Origin: Carcharhinus longimanus
Taxonomy: Eukaryota
Assembly (NCBI GenBank): GCA_030264375.1
Contig: JASCQW010000081.1
Span: forward strand, 32,582,205-32,646,204
DNA: 64,000 bases
Direction: 5' to 3'
Position numbers and translations under genes: made by a program. Shown piece by piece: positions 48,125 through 60,463 of this stretch. Every line of letters starts with the position of its first letter. Position 1 is the first letter of the stretch. The notes under the pieces are model-generated. The model did not search any database. It saw nothing but the letters and a program-made list of their open reading frames with translations, and was not told where the DNA came from.

Positions 48125-50015
48125 TCGTTAAAAGTGGTAACAGAAAATGCAGAGGTTATGGAAAAGAAAGAACTTAGAACTACCATCACCACCACAGAAA
48201 AACTACTGAGCAAACTATTGGGAATTGAAGGCAGGCAAGTCCCTAGGGCCTAATGGCCTACATTCATGTGTTTTAAAAGAAGTGGCATTGGAGATAGTGG
48301 ATCCATTGGTTACAATATTACAAAATTCCCTGGATGCGGGAAAGGTGCCAGTGGATTGGAAAAATGCTAACATAATAAATGTTATTCAAAAAGGGAGGGA
48401 GGCAAAATGTATGAAACTCTTGGCTAATTAGCCTACCATCTGTTGTTGGGAAATTGTTAGAATACATTACAAAGGGAACAATGACAGGACATTTAGAAAG
48501 TCAAAATGCAATCCATCAGAGCCAGCATGGTCTTACAAAGAGTAAATCATGTTTGACTAATTTGCTTGAGCTCTTCAAAGATGTAACAAGCAAGATGGAT
48601 AATGGAGATCCTATATACCTGAACTTTCAGAGGCATTTGGTAAGGTGCCACACAAAAGATTAATATACAAGGTGAGTTCACATGGGGTGGCTAACTGACA
48701 GGAAACAGAGATTTGGAATAAATGGGGCTTTTCCTGGCTGACTAGCTGTAAACAATAGTTCGCCAAAGCGTTCGGTCCTTGAGGCCCAACTGTTTACAAT
48801 CACATTAATAACTCAGATGCAGGGATTATAGGTACTGTAGCCAAATTTGCAGATGATGCCAAAAGAGGTGAGATAGTAATTTGTGATTATAAAATAAGAC
48901 ATTTACAAACGGATATGGATAGCTAATGCGAGTAGGGCAAAACTTGGCAGATGGTGTTTTACGTGAACGTGAGGTTACCTATTTTGGTAGGAAAAATGAT
49001 TTAAGAAAAATTATTATTGAAATGGAGAGTGCTTTAGAGTGCTTTGGTGCAGGGGGATCTGGATGTCCTTGTGCATGAATCACATAAAGCTAGTTTGTAG
49101 GTACAGCAGGTAATAAAGAAGGCAAATTGAATCATAGAATACTTACCATTGAACAGAATAACTATAGTGCAGAAGGAGGCCATTTGACCCATAGATCTGC
49201 ACCAAATCTCGAACAGAGGATTTTAACCAGGCCCACCCGCTGCCCTATCCTCATAATCCCGCACATTTACCATGGCTAATTCCCCCTAATTTACGCATCT
49301 TTGGACATACAGTGGCAAGTTGGCATGACCAATCCACCTAATCGGCATACCTTTAGACTGTGAAAGGAAACTGCAGCACCCAGAGGAAACCCATGCAGAC
49401 CTGGGGAGAATGTACAGACTCTGCACAAACTGTGATTCCCAAGCCAGGAATCGAACCTAGGTTGCTGGCACTGTAAGGCAGCAGTGCGAACCACTGTGCT
49501 TCTTGGCATGTATTGCTAAAGGAATAGAAAATAAAAATAGTGAAGTGTTGCTGCTACTGTACAAAGCATTAATGAGACCGCACTAAGAATATTGTGTACA
49601 ATTTTGGTCCTCTTACTGGAAGAGGGATGTAGTTGCATTGGAGGCAGTTCAGAGGAGGTTCACTAGATTGATTCTAGAGATGAGGGATTTGTCTTATGAA
49701 GAGCATGGGCAGTTTAGGCCTATACCCCATAGAGTTTAGAAGAATGGAGGAGATCTAATTGAGGTGTCCAAGATGATAAAGGGGATTGACAAAGTAGATG
49801 TAGAGAGGATGTTCTCTCTTGGAGGGCAATCTAGACTAAGAGGTTGTAGTTTTAGGATAAGGGGTGGCAGGTTTAAAACAGAGAAGACGAGAAATTGCTT
49901 CTTCTACTGAGATCCTGAGTCTGTGGAATTCACTACCCCAGAGTGTGGCAGATGTCAGGACTTTGAGTAAATTTAAGGAAGGGGTTGACAGATTTTTAAA
50001 TAGCAAGGACTTGAA
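48125..50015 (+). mobile_element. Degenerate CR1 LINE ORF2 with a nested V-SINE (49130-49500, minus)
   Basis: KSLGPNGLHSCVLKEVA..GKVPVDWKNAN; HQSQHGLTKSKSCLTNLL; KFADDAK; SLWNSLPQSV..FKEGVDRFL. Confidence 0.92.
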
Positions 50016-50332
50016 GGTGAGTGGGCAGGATTCCCCCTGCCCCCTCTCCCCCATCCCACCAACCAGACACTTTTCTGAGGAGACCTATTATGGATGGAAT
50101 ATCTTCCAGAATGCACCTTCATGTGCCAGCTTTGTCAATCAAATGGCCCCACATATGTACAGGTTTTTGAGGTCAAGATCTTATAACTATTAAAAATGGG
50201 ATGGTTTAAAAAGCATGGGTAATTTGAAGCTGTTTCCCAGAGTTCTTCCTGGATTTCTGTGTAAGGAAATGGCTGTTCTCAACCTGTTTTTATCGGAACC
50301 AAAACCAGATGGTTGCTATGTCAATTTTGATT

Positions 50333-50409
50333 AAACGCTCTCATTGATTTCAAAAATATTGTATACATTGAAATTCCTTCAACTAATCGATTATGAAAAC
50401 AAACATTTC
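50333..50409 (+). repeat. 77-bp inverted repeat, arm 1 (partner 53036-53112)
   Basis: aaacgctctcattgatttcaaaaatatt...aaacatttc equals the reverse complement of 53036-53112 with 4 mismatches by manual comparison. Confidence 0.9.
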
Positions 50410-52497
50410 CACCAGGCAAATAAATTAATTATGTTGAAGTCCTTTCAAACCTTCCTGTCCCCTCAGAACCAAAAGAGTTTTTTATATCTTTTAGAATTCA
50501 TTGGACATCCTTAGAGGGTCTTTGTAATGTTTAAAGATTCTTTATAGCCAGCTTTAGAGATTGGTAAGTTAATGGCCTGGGTGGAAGTAATGTAGGAGTA
50601 GACATTAATATAATTTATGGGCTATATTTAATTGAACACCAGAATTACACCTCAACGAAAAAGTTGCCCAATTTGGCAGCTCATCTGTAGAGGTCAAATG
50701 CTCAGAGGAATGTTCTTGTTTTAAGGCAGGACTTCCACCCCCGTCAGAGCAGGAAATCCTGCCTCTGTGGGGTGCTGGTCAATCAAATGACAGGGAGTTC
50801 CCTGCTCTGAGCACCATCACCAGTGGTGGTGGCCACTGTTGGAATTACAACAGTCCCCCACAACACCAGGGTGCCAGAATCAGAAGAGAAAATATGTCGA
50901 AGGTGGGGCCAAGCCAGAGGGTCTGACAAAGGGGGGACAATGATGTTGGCGGTCCTGGGTAAGCAAGCTAGATGGGGAGAGAAACAGGGGAAAGGAGCAA
51001 ATGATTTGGAGGGGAGGGGTTGGGCATGGGTTCATCTGTTGGCCCAAGGAGCCCAGTAAGGAGTAACCAACTTTGCCCACCACCAACCACTGAAGGGCCT
51101 TATTGTCCCACAGGCAGGTAAAATTACATCAAGAACAGGAACAGGCAGGTAAATGGCAGGCATGCTGCCCACGACATTTTATGGGTCTCCCTATTTGCAA
51201 ACCTGCCAATGGGTGTGGGGGACACACATATAAAATCCAGCCCTCTGTCCCTGAACAGATAGGAAAACATTCGCCAATATTTCAACCCCACCCACAAGCA
51301 CAGCACTCTTTTAATACAAAGGGATGTGAATAGAGGGATTAGTACACAATAGAAACCAAAATAGGAACATAACCAGAAACTCCTCTGGGTTAAATGTGCT
51401 TTCTCATCAACAACCACGCTACACTGATGCAGTAGACTAAAATAAATTCTCTTGTATTGCCGCTGGAGTCTTGGCTCTGGTGTCAGGTTCTCTCAATTAT
51501 TTAGACCTATTTAATCTTAACACTCAGTACACTGTGCTGCTGTCCCTCTCTTATGACAGCTATCTCATTAAGCCTGAGTGCTGCAAACTGAAGAAGCTCT
51601 AAAGACCGTTCTGATGTCTCAGCTCCTTTGACCTCTCTGAATGCTGCCTAAACGTCACCCGTCTCTACACGTCCATTGATAAAAGTGTCAAAAACTCTGG
51701 AGCAGCTGCTTTAGCTTTTAGAGCAAGAATCCAGCAACTGAATTTAAAATTCTGGAATCAGAATCCAGCATCTGCAATATTTTGCTTTCAAAATTCTAGT
51801 CCAATCCACAATAACATTGTGATACACATGGCGGCCATTCAGCCCACTGTGTTTGCACCAAGATCTTGCTGGATCAATCTAAAAATAATTCCTTTGCTCT
51901 GTTCTCTTCCATTGCCCTGCATCATTTTCATCTGTATAACATGTTTAACTGCTGTTTCCTTAAAAGATAAAACAATTTCTATCACATTTGCTCACTCTGA
52001 CAAAATATTCTATGCTATGACAACTCTGCATAAATAATTTCTCTTAATATCTCTCCTCTTATTTAGTGATAATTTTAAATGACTCCCCATTAATGATTCC
52101 CTGAAATAGAATTTTGTATTCACCTCATTAAAATACTTCAGAGTATCCAAATCCTCTTTTAAGACCTGAATTTTTGCACAGATGGAAAGGCTGTCCATCT
52201 GTGGGAAATGCCAGCAGAGATTAGGCTGGGTGGGGAGGGTCTAAATAACACATCCATGTTTCTGGAGGCAGCTGCCCATATAAATCCACAACCTTCTCCA
52301 CTCGTATGATTTTGGTGAGGTAGATGTTTTAAACCCGAAGATACCATTTTTACTGTCATTCGCAGAACGGAATTCTCTATTGGCCTCGGGCGGGATTTTA
52401 CGAATTTTGCCCGAATGAGGTCATAAAATAATGGCCAGGGTGTGCAGATTAGGCCTGTTAGGAGCAGAAGTGAACCTCATGGATTTGTCCAAGCTGT

Positions 52498-52750
52498 TGT
52501 TGGAGTTTAGAAGGCTGAGGGGGGATCTTATAGAGACGTATAAGATAATGAAAGGGATGGATAGGGTAGAGGTAGNNNNNNNNNNNNNNNNNNNNNNNNN
52601 NNNNNNNNNNNNNNNNNNNNNNNNNNNNNNNNNNNNNNNNNNNNNNNNNNNNNNNNNNNNNNNNNNNNNNNNNNNATCTTATTGAATGGAGGGGCAGGCT
52701 CGAAGGGCTAGATGGCCTACTCCTGCTCCTATTTCTTATGTTCTTATGTT
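52498..52750 (+). mobile_element. CR1 LINE 3' end spanning a gap
   Basis: LEFRRLRGDLIETYKIMKGMDRV, then after the gap a 3' UTR ending cctactcctgctcctatttcttatgttcttatgtt. Confidence 0.88.
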
Positions 52751-53035
52751 CTGTCAAACAACTGCCAAGCTGTCAAAGACCTGTCAAAGCTCTCAAAGGA
52801 CTATCAAAATCATTGGGACAGTCAAAACTGTCAAGGGCTTTAACTCTGCTGGGCTTAAAATGAAAATGTGTGAAGTTTTAAAAACAAAATCAGCATTTGA
52901 ATCTCACTCTGTCTGTTGACAGAGGGCTCTCATTATAGAATTTATGCTGCATGTCTAATTTTACAATTACATTATTACAGTGGAGTGTCTGCTAAGTGAG
53001 CAGTTTGATTGGTAGAGGCAAAGAGTTATAGAAGA

Positions 53036-53112
53036 GAAATGTTTGTTTTCATAATAGATTAGTTGAAGGAATTTCAATATATAGAATATTTTTGAAATCA
53101 ATGAGAGTGTTT
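53036..53112 (-). repeat. 77-bp inverted repeat, arm 2 (partner 50333-50409)
   Basis: Reverse complement of 50333-50409 with 4 mismatches. Confidence 0.9.
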
Positions 53113-55718
53113 TTGAGATAGTGACATGTCCCATAGACACAAATTTATTTTATATTAACATAGCTCACTAGGTTTGACCATGGTGGCTACAAGGTGAGTT
53201 GGCTTGTAGGGAGTAAAGACAAAGATGGTGCATCGGGACGTATGGGTTTTCATGAGTTGGTACTAGTCGGGCACAAGAGCTATAAAAAGTCATGGGTTGG
53301 CATATGGAGTACGAGGGTCCATGTTGGGGGGGGAGGTAAAGGGGCATATGATGATTGGAGAATGGGTGAAAGATCTGTGCCACTTTCGTCAGCGAAGCTC
53401 AACACAACTATCAGGTAATCAGGAGCTTACCAGGGCAGCATCAGGACTTCCGCTGAATTAAGACCCAGCAGGGTGGAAATACCACCCCCAAACATTTGTT
53501 GTAAGGGCAGTAGCTCCAGGAGCAGTTGGTACTGCAGTAGGGCCTACCTTGCCGTTTTCCCTATGATCCCTAAATGGAGGTAAGTGTGTCTGGGGATCAC
53601 AGGAAGGAGATTGCAGCCTTGGGAATGGAGTGGAAGTAATTTGACAGCAAGACATTTTGTGGGCTCACCCCTTCCTAATACCAGGTCTCTTGATTGAGCA
53701 CATGGTGGCTTTGAATGAGGTACAGCCCAGAGGGCTGCAGGCAGTTTACTGTGTGACTTTCCCAGATGGCAAGTACCTCAGTAGTCATTGGTTGAATATG
53801 AGCGGTGGTGAGATAAGGCCCGAAGTGACCCTTAAGTGTATCTTTCTTTCAAGTGGTTTTTCAATGCCTCTTTGTTTACTTAGGCAAGATTAAGACACAT
53901 TAAGAGGATTAAAAATTTACTTAATGGGAATTTCACTGCCCGTGTCTGATTGACAGTTTTATGAGAATGTAAAAGTGGAGCTGATTTTCAAAGGGATTTT
54001 TGAAATTTTCCTTTTTTATTGCATGACCATTTCAAAGTGTTAATAAGTGTGCACCCTCATGAATACTGGGTGGGCCTAGAGTAGGCACGGGAGATATGAG
54101 GGGGCATGGAAAGAGAATGGGGTAGGTTGGTGTGTAAGGCCGAGGGCTAGGAGGCTTAGCAACCCTGAATACAATTGGCCAATGTTCCAGTAAACAGAAG
54201 TGAACCTTCTAACCTGCTGATCTTCCCATTTGAATGCTTCTGTTGCTGCCTTAGGCGCGCCTCAGGAGGTAGGGACCCTGACCCCTGCTTACACCTGGCT
54301 GTTGGAAACCAAAATGCCTGGTGAATGGGCTGCTTGTTAGAAACCAGGACCACAAAGGTAGGAAATGGTCTGGACTAATTAATTCCTAAACAGAAGACGA
54401 AAATCCGGGGCCAGGTGTCTTGCTTCTTTTTCTGGATATTTTTAATTTTAACTGAACCATATAAATGCAAGTTGTGTGAATTAATTCTGTTTGAACCCAC
54501 ATTCATTTCTAATTTTGTTTCAATTACTTCACAGGCAATACTATCTGTGTTTGCATTGTGAGCATGAGATCATTTCAACATTTTTCCAAGGATATTTAAA
54601 ATCGAATACCTGTGCATCTTCCTCTTTCCTGCCTTAGCTTAAAGGCACTGATTACAATCTATTCTAATCCATCTGTGTGAACAGGTATCAACTGCTTCTC
54701 TATCAGCTCTCTGCATCAACAGCTTCATGGACATGTTTCCTTTTCTACATCATTTATACAAGTTGTTCACAGAATTTCTAAACTCAGCACAACTTACTCC
54801 AATGCCAAAACTTTCTAACTTATATCCCTAATTTAAAAGACTTTCACTTTTCACATGTCTACCAAACCTGTGCCTCAGATACACTGCTTTCATTGCTTTG
54901 CATTCATTTTCCTTGTCAGTCAGTACATTTAACAATCAATATATACAACAGATAGATGTTACTAAAACATCGGTCACGCCATGCTACAACCTGGACAGTC
55001 AACTGGTTCTCAGGTCCAGGTGCTACCTTGAAATATTTCAGGGTAGAAATGGGGGAAGTATTAGAAATGATGTGGTGATAGAAAGAGAAGACAGGGGACA
55101 TGATAGATGTGGAAACTGTGGCTAATGAAAGAAAAAGAAGGAAAAGAAAGGAGGACAGAATGAGGGAGTGAATTGCAAAAGTAGAAGGGAAAAAGGAATA
55201 GAAACAGCAACATGGAGTGAAATCTTGTAGAGGCAATGGGTGAGAACACTATGTTCCTTCTTTTCATGAAGACCTGCCATGTCTTGTGCCACTCAGGCAC
55301 TTGGCAGAGCCCCCCCAAGAGCAAGAACCCCAGGGGTGGAGGTCGCTGTTAAGTGGGCAGCAATTGGACTTTAATTGGGGTGGAGACGGTAAGGTGGTGG
55401 GATCTCCTCCTAGTTGACTAAATGCCCCCCACCACCAAACCCACCAGAGGAGCTGGGCACAAAATTCTGCCCATGACAACAACAGTGGCAAGTAAGGGAG
55501 AATCCATATTCTTTGACTTACAACCAGTTACACCATGGGAGATTCACCAGAAATATGTTAAAAATCTTGTGACAGCTATTCTTGCTACACTTATATTTTG
55601 TGGCACTTTCTCTTTCATACTCTGTTTTCATGCACTTTTATCACAAAGCAGAGTAATCTCCAACACACAAGGAGATTTCCTAATTATGGGAGTTAATGGA
55701 TATGTAGGCATGGCTTCA

Positions 55719-56395
55719 GGGGCGTGATTTTCAATCTTGGATCGGGGACCCCGACACCTAGAGGTCTGACCGTGGGCCGCAAGTGCGTTGCGCACACGGT
55801 GCAATCTTTAAACATAGATGCTGTAATTGGGTTGGCAGTGAGCTCAGTGCCCAATTAGCAATGCCATGTTCTGCCATGAGGTGGAAGCTGCCTACAGAAC
55901 ATGAGGGTCAAAGGCAGACAACGGCCATGACGGGGCCTGCTGCTGCCTTGCAGAAGAATGAAGGCAGCAGATTGGAGTGCCAACAGCCTCACCACTCATG
56001 AACATGGCCAACTAAAGTTAGTATTCCCTGATCTCACACAAAAAAAACCCAAATGGCAGAAGTGCTGCATCATAAAAATGAAGAGTTAATTGCTCCCCAC
56101 ATTGAATCAAACAGACATCTGTGCACCAAGATATGTCAGACTGTTTGGGTCTGACAAATAACAATTTGAAAATTGCCTTTTGGCCCTCCCTGACCATTAA
56201 CAAGTTCTTCAAGGAACTTAATAGAGAGTTGATCAAAGGTGAGCAAGTTCCCAGTTCAAAACCTCTGCCCTCACTTTTAAAATTTCCTGTTGTCCCAGAG
56301 GCACTGGGACACCAATATGCCACCTGGGAGCAGTATTTTCAGAGCCAATTCACACATATTTTCTTCCCCCATGGGATGATTTGAAATTCCAGCCC
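55719..56395. mobile_element. Harbinger-like non-autonomous element, abutting another at 56397
   Basis: Termini ggggcgtgattttc / gaaattccagccc; the next element starts gggccagattttcc. Confidence 0.5.
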
Positions 56396-57939
56396 TGGGC
56401 CAGATTTTCCTGGTCCCAGAGTCAGGATTGGAAAATTGGCTGAGGAACAGAGCGGCCAGTGATCTTCATGAGGGAAAGGGTAGAATTGGCTCCTGGAACC
56501 TGTCTAGTCTTATGACTGATAAATCTGATAGAGTTGTGGGCTTATTGAGAAAAGTTGTGGGCTCATCGAGAAAAGTTAAAGTTTATTTATTAGTCACAAG
56601 TGGGCTTACATTAATACCGCAATGAAGTTACTGTGAAAATCCCTTAATCACCACACTCCAGGTAAGTTATTAATTTTCATGGAGGCAGCCACATTTTAAC
56701 AGATGCCATGGAGGTGTGACGGCTAGATGAGCATAAAAGGGAAGTGAAATGGTTTTGCCTCCTTTACAGTTCATTATTATAAATGTTGAAGTATGAATTG
56801 TATCAATATTCAGTAAGGTGAGTTATGGCAGTGCTGCGATCGGAAGATGAAACTGCTCACTAAACTAAATGTTTGGCAGATGGTTACTTCTGCCAATTGG
56901 CAAGCTGTCAAGTAAAAGATCAACACTATAAATTGAAAAAAGTCTTCAGATAAGTTAATAAAGTTCATCAAATAGATAAAAAGGTAGAGTACATTTCACA
57001 CGGTTGAAAGAGTGGCCTAATATGATAACTGAGTGTAAATATTTAATCCTCTTCTATTGCATTTGTGTGTTCAGTCTGGACATCTGTTGAGATAGCAGTT
57101 TTGAAGTCTGCTTGCTTACTCAGGGAGTTTTATGGCTGCAATCCAACTGTTCATCCCATTACAAGCACATTGCATCATTTACATGGCTACTTTGATGAGT
57201 TTGTTTACTCAGGGAGTTTCATGGGTTATTCGATCGCTTCCATTGAATAGGACTGGTGAGTTCTGTTGATAAAGTGGATAATGAATGAGGGGGCGAGGAT
57301 GAGGTGAGGGAACTGAAGGTGAGGGAGAGAGTATGAGGCGTTGAGGAGGTGGTGAGGGAGAGCATATGAGGGTGTGAGGGGGTGAGTAGGGGGTTTATAA
57401 GTGGTCAGCAGGTTCAGCTGTATAAAGGTGAGTGGCTGACTACGTCAAATCATTGCGTTGAGGTTTTTTGAGTATGGAGACACGCTTTTTAGCCTGCCTG
57501 TTCTGAACTTAGCCCAGCACTAGTGGCAGGGCTGTATCCAGGCATCTGAAGATCCTGCCTGCCACATTCTCAACATAGAATCAGGATTTTGATGGCAGGA
57601 TTCCTGATTCCAAGAAATCCATGGAAATGCAGCCCCGTAAGTCACATTTTCTCAATGAATCAGTCATAAAATACTAAGATTTCACCAACAGTTTTTCCTT
57701 AGAACTACTTATTTGAATAACAGCCATCTGGTATTGTTCAAAGCTGCTCAAGTTTCAACACTTGCTTTCTTTCTGGACATAATTTCATTGATGAAATTCC
57801 AGCTCGGCAACCCACTTGGATGTATTTATTTTTCTATACAGTGGTGAACAGTTTGACCGAAACTGTCAATATTTGCCGACCTTTGAAGGTTATGTCAATT
57901 CCTGTTGGTTAAAAAAGGATTTGATACTTTTAACAAGGA

Positions 57940-58285
57940 CGGGCAGGATTTTATGGCCTTGCTTGTCCTGAAACTGCAAAATCCTGCCCAAGGTCCACGT
58001 CTGTGTGGGTTTTCTCCAGTTTCCTCCCACAATCCAAAGATGTGCAGGTTAGGTTGATTGGCCATGCTTAATTGCCCCTTAGTGTCAGGGCAATTAGCAG
58101 GGTAAATACGTGGGGTTACGGGGATATGGCCTGGGTAGGATTGATTGTTGTCAGTGTAGGCTTGTTAGGCCGAATGGCACTGTAGGGATTCTATGATTCT
58201 ATTCTATGAGCTCAATGGACCTTCCCATTGTTCGCCCATCGCCCGCTCTTATTCCAGTGGTGGGCGGGATGGTAAAATTCCAGCT
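57940..58285. mobile_element. 120-bp-class MITE interrupted by a 5'-truncated V-SINE (57995-58208, plus, tail A)
   Basis: TIRs gggcaggattttat / gtaaaattccagc; the SINE sits between cccaaggtc and gagctcaatggacc. Confidence 0.75.
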
Positions 58286-58562
58286 GGATATCTCCATTCC
58301 AGATAGACAGAACCATTATCAAACATGTTTAGATGTTGCTTCACATTGGTCAGAAGAGACGTGACAACAGATTTTTTTTCTCTTGTCATGAGCTTCTTCT
58401 GTAGTCTGGTTCTTCCCATCCCTTCACCCCAAGAGAGCTCTCTTCAAAGCTGAATTGCTGCAAAATAATCGCATGGCGCATCTCTTATTCACAAATGTTT
58501 TTGCTAACCCATTTCAATCTTAAATAGTCAACTTATTGTAAAGAAGAAATATTCAATTTTAA

Positions 58563-58915
58563 AGACCATAAAATATAGGAGCAGAATTAGGGCATTCGGC
58601 CCATCAAGTCTGTTCCTCCATTCAATCATGCTGTTAAGTTTTTCAACCCCATTATTCTGCCTTTTCCTCGTAACCTTTGATCCCCGTATCAATCGAGAAC
58701 CTTTCTATCTCTGTCTTAAATATACTCAATGACATGGCCTCCACAGCCTTCTGGGGCAATGAATTCCACAGATTCACCACCCTCCGGCTGAAGAAATGCC
58801 TCCTCATCTCGGTTGTAAGGGGATTTCTCTTTATTCTGAGGGTGCACCTTAGTCTCTCCTGCTAATGGAAACATCTTCCCTGAGTCTACCTTATCCAGGT
58901 CTTTCAGTATTCTGT
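58563..58915 (-). mobile_element. CR1 LINE 3' end
   Basis: accataaaatataggagcagaattagggcattcggcccatc tail; tccacagccttctggggcaatgaattccacagattcaccacc. Confidence 0.85.
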
Positions 58916-60139
58916 AAAGAACAGTAAAGCTGGTCTAATCTAATATTCTCGTCCAAAGCTTTCAACATTGTACTTTCCAGAGGTGCCCCAGGGTCATAAC
59001 CAGAAGCAGGAGCCCCTGCAATAATTTCCCACTCTCCTTTCCTGTTGTAGCAGTCCAAATGTTGTCCTCCAAGCTCACTGCACTTGCCATAGATGGGGAA
59101 TCTCTTTGAACCTTTGCCTCCATGAGACTTGGTGCTGCAATGGCTGGTGTTTATACCCTTTAAGCCACAGGGAAAATTAGAGACAACCCTTTTTAAACTG
59201 TTCCAGTCAAAAGTGACAGGTCACAAGGAAGAAATGCAACTCTTCCCTGAACAGAAACTTCCTGTGCTCTTAATCTTTGCCAAAACAGTGNNNNNNNNNN
59301 NNNNNNNNNNCCAAACAATTTCATGTTTGTGAAAAATGATTGTGAAACTACCCTTCTCCATGTAAATGAGATGGCAATTGGCATGATTTGGAAACTTTTA
59401 AAAGGGGTGCATTGCAGCCAGATAGACGACTGAAATTAGGTAAAAATGAGAAAGCCACAGGTCATCAGATACCTCAAATGCAGATGATTAATTAGTATTA
59501 ATTAACCCCTAGTTATTCCTTGGGGTTTTTAACAAAGTAAATCGTCCCCCTCCCCACCTCCAATAATAGTTATTAATAATTTACCAAATTTCTATTGGAT
59601 CTACAAACCCCAGGAGCTTAGTGCACTGGTCATTAAATACATTTCCCCCCAAAATGGAAAGGAGCAGCATGTTTACAGAGCCAAGGCTGAGTCTTTCAGT
59701 CACGGTGATAGCTGGTGAAGAAGGAAAGTTAAAACAGAATGTGCTTGGCAAACATTCAGGGCGTCAAAATGGAAAAATGCTTTATCAGTGAAGTGGCTGA
59801 AAAGAACACTATTTTTAGCTTTTTTTTTAACCCACATCTACATTATTGCTGTAGGAAAACCAGACTTCACTAAAACCAGCTGCAGGACCTCACTGATTAA
59901 AGTAACAACGGTAATGGATGGATAAACCCAGCTGCTGTGTTTACAACTAGCAATACTGGTTACACGCCTGATCTTGGATTGTGCATTTCCATGCATTTAG
60001 CAGGAGAAAGGTTGAAATGGTCACAGAAGATCCATGGATAGCATTTCAATGATGGATACATCCGCTTGATTGTTATCATGTATTGTTACAAATATCCTAA
60101 TAAAATTAATAAAAGCAAAATACGGTGGATGATGGATAC

Positions 60140-60463
60140 CATAGTATCCCTACAGTGCAGAAGGAGGCCATTTGCCCATCAAGTCTCCACCGACTCTCCG
60201 ACAGAGCACCTTACCCAGGGCCTATCCCCGTTACTCTACATACTTACTCTGCTAATCNNNNNNNNNNGGACAATTTAGCATGGCCAATGCATCTAACCTG
60301 CACATCTTTGGACTGTAGGTGGAAACTGGAGCACCGGAAGGAAATGCACAGAGACGTGGGGGAGGATGTGCAAAATCCACACAGACAGTGACCCAAGGCT
60401 GGAATGGAACCAGGGTCCCTGGTGCAGAGAGGCAGCAGCGCTAATCACTGTGCCACCATGCCC
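60140..60463 (-). mobile_element. HE1-type V-SINE (tail A)
   Basis: catagtatccctacagtgcagaagg tail, V-domain and head in reverse complement; contains a 10-N gap. Confidence 0.88.

Noticed and set aside
56533-56577. Small tandem duplication (gttgtgggct(t/c)at(t/c)gagaaaa x2); similar short repeats near 38058-38095, 57116-57225 and 13324-13379
   Set aside because: These are ordinary slippage-type micro-duplications with no further structure.
57285-57400. GAGG/TGAG-rich tract
   Set aside because: Degenerate simple repeat, probably internal to a MITE-like element.
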